The translations under genes were made by a program, and so were the position numbers. DNA of 64,000 nucleotides from Candidatus Pacearchaeota archaeon (GTDB lineage: Archaea; Nanobdellota; Nanobdellia; Pacearchaeales; GW2011-AR1): contig JBNLCO010000006.1 of assembly GCA_050303855.1 (NCBI GenBank), positions 1,820 through 65,819 of the forward strand, read 5' to 3'. Below are positions 55,837 to 64,000 of the stretch, one piece after another. The notes under the pieces were generated by a model. That model was not told where the DNA came from and made no database searches. It was given only the letters and a program-made list of their open reading frames with translations. Position 1 is the first letter of the stretch; each line of letters opens with the position of its first letter.

Positions 55837-58800
55837 AGTTCACTCCCAGATTTAGCACCTTTAGATTGCAAATAACTAACAACATCAACATTATTAAGTT
55901 GAACAGCTCGATCTAACGCTGTTTCTCCAGAATCACTTTGGGTATTAACCTCTGCACCATTTTCAACAAGATATTTTACAATGTCAACATCTCCCTTAAT
56001 AGAGGCATGTATAAGAGCGGTCCAACCTTCTATACCATCTTTAACACTAACATCTGCACCATTTTCAACAAGATATTTTACAAGGTCAAGATGTCCAAGA
56101 CGAGATGCATAAATCAAAGGAGTCCATCCATCATCATCTTTAACATTGATATCAGCTCCTTGTTCAATCAAGGACATTATCTCAGCCCTATTATTGTCAT
56201 CCAGACCTCTATAAAGAGCATCAACTAACTGTTGATCAAGATTATCTAAACCAATTCCCTCAATACAAGTTTTAGTCAAGCCTGGTTCCTGAACACAATT
56301 CTTGCCTAATTTGTAACCAATTGATGCGCAAAGATTAGCATCGCAATAATTAGAAGTGCCACTTGTAGAACTTATACTTGTTATACAATCACTACACTGT
56401 GTTGCACTAGAATAAACGTCCCTTTGTTCAGCAGAAAGAGTATTCCAATTCGGAATATCAGAAGTGTCGTCTTGAGCAGGTTGTGCTTCTTTACAACTCA
56501 AGAACCCATATTCACAAGTCTTACCAATTCTTTCCCCAATATCTAAGCATTCAGTCTCACCACAGAAGTTACCCAAACCAGACCCACAATCATTACACTG
56601 AGTTGCTTCATATATTGATCTTAATTCTCTATCTGTGTACCCTTCTCCTGCACGACAATTGTATATAGGAGTATCACTTATATCTGCACCCTTTGCATAA
56701 TACTGACAAGAAGCGCCTAATTTTTTACCAATAACTGCACATAAATTACTATCACAATCATCAGGATAACTCTCACAATAAACGCAACTAGGAGCATCAT
56801 AAAGTATTGAAATTTGTTTTGAAGTAAACCTGCCCAAATCGGTGCTTCCTAAATTCTCACTCTCCCAAGAATCCAATTTTTGAGAATCAACATCCTGTGT
56901 AGACTCAATTATTGAATTATCCGACAAATCATAAAGCAGGGCAGCCCCCTCAAAATAAGTCTTATCAACAAGGCTCACGGTAACAGATTGTATTGGATCT
57001 GAAGGAATTGAACCTACAACCTTAGCTTCACCTGAAACCAAAACCTGACTAGCAGCTTTATTAAATGAAACGTCCGAAACATCAAACCAATAACGTGGAT
57101 CAATACCCCTAGTAGGATTAAATTCCCATACACCTTCTTTAAATCTAAAGTAATAAGGCTGTTCATTAAAAGAAAGATCTACCTTAAAGATACCTTCACT
57201 ATTCAAATTAACATTCTCTGTTTTCAAATCCGGACTAGAACTAATGAAATTAATTCTACCAAACAAAACACCCCCACTGAAACTAAGAACATTATTTATA
57301 ATAACTCCAAGACCCTCTATGTAGTTGCCATTACGTTCTTGAAGAGAAGTAATTATTTGTCTATTCACCTCCAATGAAACTGCCTTACCTTCAATACTAT
57401 CGCTAACAGAATACCAAAAATTATCTTTGGGATTAAACCAATACCAACCTCCCTCTTGGAACTTATAGTGAACATTTCTATAACTAGTTCCATCTTGGAA
57501 TTCAATATCAGGAGAAGAATATCCTGAAGAAAACTTGGCTAAAACACTACTAACTCCCGTACCACCAGTACCCGTAGAAATAGTTGTGCCACTTAATTGA
57601 GGAGATCTATATAGATAAACAGGATGAACATCAGAAGTTAAATACAAATTCGTGTATCTGTAAGTATTACAATATTGTTCCTCATTAACTTTACCCTTAT
57701 TAAGAGTTCTAACATACTTATTATCTTCTCCACAAACAAGCCCATTTTCATCTTTCTCATCGATCTTCAAATCTGCACCATTCCAATCAAAGATTCTAGC
57801 ATATCCAGTAACAGAAGTAGTTTCTTCATTTGTGGCAGGATTAATCCAAGAAATAAATATAACCGAGTGAGGCAATTTAGAGGCCCAAACAATATCCAAC
57901 TGGTCTCCAGGTTGAAGAGATGCTAGTTTAGTATCATAGTTATCTTCTCCGATCTTATTATAACCTGTTCCAACTTGGAAAATAACACTTCCTTGAGAAG
58001 TTTTATCTACGCCAATTGTAACTTTTGAATTTGAATCCTTTAAGGTATAGGTGGCCCCAGATTTATCTGCATAAGAAGGAACAGCAGAAACCCCTGCATA
58101 TTGGTATACATAAACAGCAGCACTATAGCACGCATAATCTCCAGAGAAAGCCAAACCCCCATCTAATTTTTCTGCAGCTTTCAATACTCTTTGCCGAGCA
58201 TCATCAATTGAAGAAATATCACTAGGAACTTGAGGCAAGATGCAAACGTTTCCTTGGTCATCAACAATTGTTCCAAGGTCCACACTATTTGTTTTTATTT
58301 GTTCAATCTTACCAAATTCCAAACCAGAAAGATCTCCATAAGCCAAACCTCTCAAGAAATAAAGTTCAGCTTTTTGATTACTAAAGAATACCTTATCCAA
58401 AATATTATTTATTATTTCTATCTTCTTAGAAGAATCAGATTCTTTCTTAACGTCTCTTAAAGTCTGACTATAATTCTGATTGTTAACATAATCTCCAGAA
58501 TTTACCAAATCATCAAGATAACTCTGAGCGGTGTCATTTAAAACAGAATTCTCAACATCTAAGGATTTAATAGCATCTTTAACGGAATCAGTATCTAGCC
58601 AACAACCAACGTTTGTATCTGTACAGTAACCCACTTTTCTCCATCTTGCATTTTCAGTCCCATCCTTAGCATCCGTTCCAATACCAGGGCTGTTTGTAGC
58701 ACAAACTCTTGTAATACCTTTTTGGTACAGCTCAGGGTTGATTAAACCTTCAGCCACATCTTGAAGGTTAGGATTCAATAAGCTATACAAACTAGCACTT

Positions 58801-61800
58801 CCAGAAACACATTCTTCTTCTGTTGTAACCCCCGAAGTAGTTTGTTCCTGCAAATACAAATCATTAACATAATTAACTGCAAAAGAAGTTGACACTTTTC
58901 CGAAACCACACTCTTCCTGATTATTTACAACAATACATAATTGGGTATATCCTGAAGGTGCAGTAAAGTCAACTGTATCTGAAGCATAATCTCCTACTGA
59001 AACGTAACCGGAATCAACTACTCTATTAAGCGCGCTATCTTGATAGAAACTCCCACTTCCACCCTTAAGATAAACTCTGTAATAAGCTCCAGAATCTTGT
59101 CCAGAATAAATGTGGTAATAAACCTTATACTGTGAGGTGGGAGGATTTGTTGCGGTAGTAAATGGAATCTCATCAAAGCTTCCTGTAAATTGCGGAGGCG
59201 AACGTGGAGTAGTTAAACTATCTAATAATTCAGCACTAGAAGGGTAAACCGTAGATACATAACTTTTACAAACCGCAGTTCCAGCTTCATCAACACTTCT
59301 AACTTTGAAAGCATTATAAGATTCAGAAGCATAATATTGTTTAAAGTAGTCTAAAGAATCTTTTGCATTATCCCATGCACTCTGTAATCCCAGATATTCT
59401 CCTCCACCACGGGTGTTCTCTCCTGAAATTAATCCAATTAATTTTGGAACAGCTACTTTAGCCAAAGGTATTGATTGTCTCCAAAAGAATTCACAAGCAT
59501 AAACACTATGTATCTCGTCACAAACACCAATAGTTTCTCCACTCTCCAAATTTTCCTGCAAACAATCCCTATATGATTCCTGGACACTTATCCATGAATC
59601 CAAACCAGCTTGAACACCTGTTGTACAAACCGGAACCTTTATCCCCTCTTTATAATTTGGTGCACAGAGAGCAATACTTCCAACTATTCCTGTCTGAACA
59701 ACATCCTTAACAGGGTAAGCCCCTCCAAAATCACATCTTGAGCTAGGACAAACAACAGGATCACAAACATTAAACAATAAATTACATTCTTTAGGAGACA
59801 TGAAATCTTGACACTGAACTGCGGGAGTTTCTACCGCAGGTTCTCCAACTTTGTAATTCTGACCGTTGATTCTAACAGAATTAACTCCATTCTTATAAGC
59901 TCTCTGAGCCTTCTCAATCGAATCAACAGCATCAGTTACAAGCCTTGTAGTTTTACTTTCACTCAATCCAGCAAATTGATTATAAACAGTTCCAGGAACC
60001 CCCACATTAATTTGTTGGCAAATATCATCTCCTAAACCAGAACTAGAAAATTCTTCCAAACCATTAGATCCAACGTTACATAACCAGAAACTATTCAATC
60101 TACCTGAAGCATCATAAGCAGTAATCTGACTTCCAACAGGAAGCTTAGGTTTAGTTGCAGCATACCAACCATCATTTGTATCTAAAGGAACAATCGCAGG
60201 ATAACCTTTGTAAGGGTCTTCCTCATAATACCTTACTTCTGGATTCTTATAACTATTCTCATATGAACCTTCATCATATTTATCAAAAGCTAAACTCAGA
60301 GGGTTTACTTTATCATTAACCATAACCAACTGACCATTCAAAGGATTTAACTGGAATGTTCTAGTAACAATATAATCATCATTCAAAACCAAAAGATATT
60401 CCCTATTAGTAGCTATATCAACAACCGGATAAACCAATTCATTATCCGCAATAAGATAATCTGCAGGGTTTCCAGGGAAGATAATCGAATTTGGAAGTAA
60501 AACAACACTCATCCCTCCAGGATATGAACTTTCAACATCTGCCCAAGTCTTTAAATCAGAAACCTGAATTCTCTTTATCTTATCATCTGAAGAAATAAAT
60601 CCTCCCTGGTGACCCTCTAGAGAATACTTGTCAAAGAAAGAAGTTCTTTCTACAAAATTCCCTGCGTTATTTTGAACGTCATAAAGCAAAGAGTAAAGTG
60701 TTTGGCTGTAAGACTTCTTGCTCTCAGCATCATTTGTACTCTTAACTAAAGTTGCATAAAGCTCTATATCTTTAAGATCATCTATGCTATAGATACCACT
60801 TTCCCAACCCTGGTAACTTAACAAATTCTTAATTTCATCAATCTCAAGAGGTTCATTTTTACCAGTAGGATCGACGAAAGTATTACCCAAGCCCACTAAA
60901 GAATCAGATCCAATCTGAGAATAATCCTTCATAAATTCCTGTTGATCAACAACCTTATTTGTTAAAGTTCCTGTTTGCAAAGAATCAGCTTCAAGTTGTT
61001 TTATTCTTTCATTCTGAGTTTGTATTGTATTGAAAACTTCATCAACTTGAGAATCTATCTCATCAGAATTCTCAAGGAAACAATCATCTAGAGAAATATA
61101 ATTCCCTTTACTTACTTCACTAGCACAAAAATCATTCCACCCTCCAGAACTACGCATGACCTTCTGTCTCGCTATAGATTTACCATCCGAGTTAGCCAAG
61201 AAATTCTTAGCAGTTAAAACAGCTCCTGTTGCTAAACAAACCTTAGCACTAGCTTCATTAAACGTATTGAGAGCATTTGAAGCCTTTTCAAGATCAGAAA
61301 TTGCATTACTTAAACTATCAACCCTATTCTCAATCTGTTCGTCAGAAAGTTGTATTGAACGTTTCTCTATGCCAATATTAAATCCAAATTCAGATTCAGA
61401 ATTCTGATAATTAAAACTTGGAACCACTGAAACCCTTGCAACCTTTTCTATGTTAGTATCAGTAAGGGTTAAACTATACCCTCCTCCAATACCTCTTGTT
61501 TCATCAATATCAAAAGTATAGCTATTCAAAGAAAATAATTGATTTGCAAGATTTTCTCCAGAAACATAAACCGTAACCCTTGCAGAATCTTCATCCACCG
61601 AATCTAGTTTAATATATTCTGAACCAGAAGCATTATCTTTTAAATTCAAATATACAACTTTATCCTTTCTTAATTGATAAGTCTGGATCTTACCGTCCGA
61701 ACTTCTTATCAAAACTTCTGCACCGTATTCTTGGTAAGTAGGCTCTTTTATACCTTCAAAGGAAATTGTTTTTATCTCTCCGTTAACTAAAACATCTCTA

Positions 61801-63908
61801 TTAGAAATACCCGAGTTAGATAAAGAATAGTCATCTTCACACATATCTAAAGGTTTAATTGAATCAGGATAGCTCTCAATAAATTCTTGACAAAGTTGTT
61901 TCAAAGCCTTATTTTGATTGATCCTTTTAGAAAGATTAATAGCCTGATACAAAGCTCTCTCACCATAAGTATCATCTGCCCCATCAATACTTAACCCTCC
62001 AAAACTATTCAAAACAGTTTCAAAATCAGTTATAGCTTTATCATAATATTGTTTATACAACTCGTTTGAATTTGAATTAAATACAAGTTTGTTTAAAACA
62101 AGTTTATTCTCATTAACTAAAACACTTCCTGAAACAACTCCTTCAAAAAAGTCTCCTGAAACGCTGTTATCTACCTTTGATAAAATATACTCAGAACAAG
62201 ACTGATGTAAAGAACAATCCTTTCCATAAAATTCTCCCACACCTAAAATCTCCGTCACAGTGTTCTTTCTCAAAATAAATTTAGGAGATCCACTCTCACT
62301 AGCAGTAAAATAATAACCTGTATCTTCTCCATCCTTGTAAACTTTGTAAACTTGTTTAGGCAAAATCCCTCCAACATCTAAATTAGCTTTCTGTAAATCA
62401 TAAGATTCCGGAACAACCTCAACAACCCCATTATCTTCTCCTTCAGAAAAACCACTTAAGGAAACTTTTTCTCCTTCAAAATCATATTGAGGGGAAACAA
62501 CATTTGTCTTAAAATCAACTTTTTGTATATTTTGTCCGCTAACAGTCCATTTGGCAAGAGTAACTGAAGCCCCTGAGAATTTCTTTAGAATTTCGGCCCC
62601 AATATCAAAAACCGCTGCTCCTGAACCTTCAGTATCCGAAAACAACAGATTCATTTGTATTGCAATACTTGAAATTTCATCCTCTGTTAACTTAGTTTTC
62701 TCTTCAGGTAAAGAAACCAAAACGGCATATAAATTTTCAACATCTGTTGATCCACCCTTAGAACTAATATAACCCAAATAAACACCTCTTCCATTGTTAG
62801 AATAAAGATAATCTCCAACAGAATAATCTTTAGCAATTCCATCAATAGAGATTCTCACTCTAGGGGACAAAAATAAATTAAAACTAGAACTGCCATCATC
62901 TTCCTTACACCTAATACTAACTTTCTGATTCAAACCATTCTTGTCCAAATCTGTTACAGTACACTTACTTTCTAAGAAATCACCATTATCATTAATTTCA
63001 ACATGATCTGTATTAATCAACAACTCTGCTCTAGTATCTGGATCTTCAACACCATTAAGTTTCAACTTCATTGAAGCCAAACAAGGGCTAAAACCAGGAA
63101 TATAAATCGAACCAGAAGTTTCACCTCCATTCAATCTAACTTGAGTAACTCTTTGCTTTCCAGAGTTTCCAAAACTAGCAGATCCAGAAGAAACATCAGA
63201 ATAAAGAGATATACTGGCATCATCCGTGCCAACACTATCAGCCCTAAGGTACCCTCTACCTTCCCAAAAACTATACTGATTTATATTGTTAAAATAATCC
63301 TCATCATTCAAAACAGGAAGATAAAATTCAGCCTGACCAACGCCAAATGCATTCTTAACATCATAATTAATCTTGGCTGTTAGATTTCCAGAAACAAAAT
63401 CAGGCATAGAACTTTCATTAGGGTTTTGTCTAAGGGTTATAGCAACATAACCCAAATTATTCAAAGCAGGATCAGTAAGAGTTTCATCAAAATCATAATA
63501 ACCCAAAGCAGACTGGGAAGGGAAATAACCAATACTCTTTATTTCTCTAGGATACTCCCCAACAATGTTTAGAGTGTTTATAGCTTGAACATCAATCAAA
63601 GGATTTATTTGTGTAGCTCCAATTTTACACAAAACAGTAACATCTTGTTCTTCAAGAAGATCACTCCTCACAACTGCAGGCTCACATTCAAAAGGTTGTA
63701 TTTGTAAAAGAAAATCTGTTCCAGCAGAACATAATTCGCTATCAAAACCTTGCTGAGTAAAACTTGCAAAACTTCCCCCAACACCTCCAGCATTGTTATA
63801 CAAAGAATAACTAGGAGTAGAAACGCTATAAGCCTCTATCCCTCCCAAAAGAAGAGTCCCCAATATCAAAACAAAAATACCTACAACAAAAAACTTATTC
63901 TTAATCAT
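55833..63908 (-). CDS. Giant secreted/surface protein (2691 aa) with a Cys-rich triple module and C-terminal ankyrin repeats.
   Basis: GGAGG lies 10 nt upstream of the ATG. N-terminal signal peptide MIKNKFFVVGIFVLILGTLLLGG. Long Ser/Gly/Asn/Asp-rich beta-like body. Three tandem Cys-rich units near the C-terminus (CVYCESYPDDCDSNLCAVIGKKLGASC..., CNDCGSGLGNFCGETECLDIGERIGKTC..., CSDCITSIS...YCDANLCASIGYKLGKNC...). Then about three or four ankyrin repeats (DGWTPLIYASRLGHLDLVKYLVENGADV...). Confidence 0.8.
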   Translation of the reverse strand: MIKNKFFVVGIFVLILGTLLLGGIEAYSVSTPSYSLYNNAGGVGGSFASFTQQGFDSELCSAGTDFLLQIQPFECEPAVVRSDLLEEQDVTVLCKIGATQINPLIDVQAINTLNIVGEYPREIKSIGYFPSQSALGYYDFDETLTDPALNNLGYVAITLRQNPNESSMPDFVSGNLTAKINYDVKNAFGVGQAEFYLPVLNDEDYFNNINQYSFWEGRGYLRADSVGTDDASISLYSDVSSGSASFGNSGKQRVTQVRLNGGETSGSIYIPGFSPCLASMKLKLNGVEDPDTRAELLINTDHVEINDNGDFLESKCTVTDLDKNGLNQKVSIRCKEDDGSSSFNLFLSPRVRISIDGIAKDYSVGDYLYSNNGRGVYLGYISSKGGSTDVENLYAVLVSLPEEKTKLTEDEISSIAIQMNLLFSDTEGSGAAVFDIGAEILKKFSGASVTLAKWTVSGQNIQKVDFKTNVVSPQYDFEGEKVSLSGFSEGEDNGVVEVVPESYDLQKANLDVGGILPKQVYKVYKDGEDTGYYFTASESGSPKFILRKNTVTEILGVGEFYGKDCSLHQSCSEYILSKVDNSVSGDFFEGVVSGSVLVNENKLVLNKLVFNSNSNELYKQYYDKAITDFETVLNSFGGLSIDGADDTYGERALYQAINLSKRINQNKALKQLCQEFIESYPDSIKPLDMCEDDYSLSNSGISNRDVLVNGEIKTISFEGIKEPTYQEYGAEVLIRSSDGKIQTYQLRKDKVVYLNLKDNASGSEYIKLDSVDEDSARVTVYVSGENLANQLFSLNSYTFDIDETRGIGGGYSLTLTDTNIEKVARVSVVPSFNYQNSESEFGFNIGIEKRSIQLSDEQIENRVDSLSNAISDLEKASNALNTFNEASAKVCLATGAVLTAKNFLANSDGKSIARQKVMRSSGGWNDFCASEVSKGNYISLDDCFLENSDEIDSQVDEVFNTIQTQNERIKQLEADSLQTGTLTNKVVDQQEFMKDYSQIGSDSLVGLGNTFVDPTGKNEPLEIDEIKNLLSYQGWESGIYSIDDLKDIELYATLVKSTNDAESKKSYSQTLYSLLYDVQNNAGNFVERTSFFDKYSLEGHQGGFISSDDKIKRIQVSDLKTWADVESSYPGGMSVVLLPNSIIFPGNPADYLIADNELVYPVVDIATNREYLLVLNDDYIVTRTFQLNPLNGQLVMVNDKVNPLSLAFDKYDEGSYENSYKNPEVRYYEEDPYKGYPAIVPLDTNDGWYAATKPKLPVGSQITAYDASGRLNSFWLCNVGSNGLEEFSSSGLGDDICQQINVGVPGTVYNQFAGLSESKTTRLVTDAVDSIEKAQRAYKNGVNSVRINGQNYKVGEPAVETPAVQCQDFMSPKECNLLFNVCDPVVCPSSRCDFGGAYPVKDVVQTGIVGSIALCAPNYKEGIKVPVCTTGVQAGLDSWISVQESYRDCLQENLESGETIGVCDEIHSVYACEFFWRQSIPLAKVAVPKLIGLISGENTRGGGEYLGLQSAWDNAKDSLDYFKQYYASESYNAFKVRSVDEAGTAVCKSYVSTVYPSSAELLDSLTTPRSPPQFTGSFDEIPFTTATNPPTSQYKVYYHIYSGQDSGAYYRVYLKGGSGSFYQDSALNRVVDSGYVSVGDYASDTVDFTAPSGYTQLCIVVNNQEECGFGKVSTSFAVNYVNDLYLQEQTTSGVTTEEECVSGSASLYSLLNPNLQDVAEGLINPELYQKGITRVCATNSPGIGTDAKDGTENARWRKVGYCTDTNVGCWLDTDSVKDAIKSLDVENSVLNDTAQSYLDDLVNSGDYVNNQNYSQTLRDVKKESDSSKKIEIINNILDKVFFSNQKAELYFLRGLAYGDLSGLEFGKIEQIKTNSVDLGTIVDDQGNVCILPQVPSDISSIDDARQRVLKAAEKLDGGLAFSGDYACYSAAVYVYQYAGVSAVPSYADKSGATYTLKDSNSKVTIGVDKTSQGSVIFQVGTGYNKIGEDNYDTKLASLQPGDQLDIVWASKLPHSVIFISWINPATNEETTSVTGYARIFDWNGADLKIDEKDENGLVCGEDNKYVRTLNKGKVNEEQYCNTYRYTNLYLTSDVHPVYLYRSPQLSGTTISTGTGGTGVSSVLAKFSSGYSSPDIEFQDGTSYRNVHYKFQEGGWYWFNPKDNFWYSVSDSIEGKAVSLEVNRQIITSLQERNGNYIEGLGVIINNVLSFSGGVLFGRINFISSSPDLKTENVNLNSEGIFKVDLSFNEQPYYFRFKEGVWEFNPTRGIDPRYWFDVSDVSFNKAASQVLVSGEAKVVGSIPSDPIQSVTVSLVDKTYFEGAALLYDLSDNSIIESTQDVDSQKLDSWESENLGSTDLGRFTSKQISILYDAPSCVYCESYPDDCDSNLCAVIGKKLGASCQYYAKGADISDTPIYNCRAGEGYTDRELRSIYEATQCNDCGSGLGNFCGETECLDIGERIGKTCEYGFLSCKEAQPAQDDTSDIPNWNTLSAEQRDVYSSATQCSDCITSISSTSGTSNYCDANLCASIGYKLGKNCVQEPGLTKTCIEGIGLDNLDQQLVDALYRGLDDNNRAEIMSLIEQGADINVKDDDGWTPLIYASRLGHLDLVKYLVENGADVSVKDGIEGWTALIHASIKGDVDIVKYLVENGAEVNTQSDSGETALDRAVQLNNVDVVSYLQSKGAKSGSEL
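55951..56085. repeat. Direct DNA repeat (about 31 bp, near-identical, period 99-103 bp) inside the ankyrin-repeat coding region.
   Basis: TCTGCACCATTTTCAACAAGATATTTTACAA(T/G) occurs at 55951-55982 and 56054-56085. The period equals one 33-aa ANK repeat. Confidence 0.7.
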
Positions 63909-64000
63909 CTAAGTAAAACCTCCAAACTTTTACTATCAAATAAAACATAGTTTTGCTGAAGTTGATTAAGTGAATTTGGCTCTGGAAGGCTAGTTGCACC

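Noticed and set aside
55938-63383. Many short plus-strand ORFs inside the giant gene
   Set aside because: They are antisense to one continuous 8-kb ORF with a signal peptide and RBS. They are spurious.
1-64000. Searched for CRISPR arrays, IS elements, integrases and prophage genes
   Set aside because: No regularly spaced direct repeats, transposase or integrase motifs, or terminal inverted repeats were seen. The only notable DNA repeat is the ankyrin-coding periodicity.

Overview
This is an AT-rich (about 30% GC), gene-dense chromosomal window from an archaeon, probably a small-genome DPANN-like lineage. It carries the archaeal basal transcription set (TBP, TFB, TFE-alpha), ribosomal proteins L15e and S17e, an LSm protein, GatD/GatE, an alpha4-type tRNA-splicing endonuclease, RNase Z, deoxyhypusine synthase and FtsZ. 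Seven aminoacyl-tRNA synthetases are present (Met partial, Asn, Asp, Pro, Ala, Leu, Gly). AlaRS and LeuRS look bacterial-type and AlaRS lacks the C-Ala domain. I fold seven tRNA genes by hand: Ile, Asn with a 14-nt intron, Arg, Met, Leu, Cys, and one with an unusually long non-canonical insertion. A GC-rich 126-nt island upstream of DNA ligase has 5S rRNA topology and sequence motifs. Beyond housekeeping there are five notable things. Three paralogous two-motif LAGLIDADG proteins each abut a tRNA gene. A 2691-aa secreted giant protein carries a triple Cys-rich module and C-terminal ankyrin repeats. A c-di-AMP signalling kit is present (DacZ-type diadenylate cyclase plus two DHH/DHHA1 phosphoesterases). 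Lysine-rich (A/T)VKKK repeat tails occur on TFE and on a stand-alone 53-aa protein. A 26-aa poly-acidic micro-ORF with a strong Shine-Dalgarno lies in the MBL/AsnRS intergenic region. No CRISPR array, IS element or integrase was seen. Coordinates of starts are approximate where alternative start codons exist.
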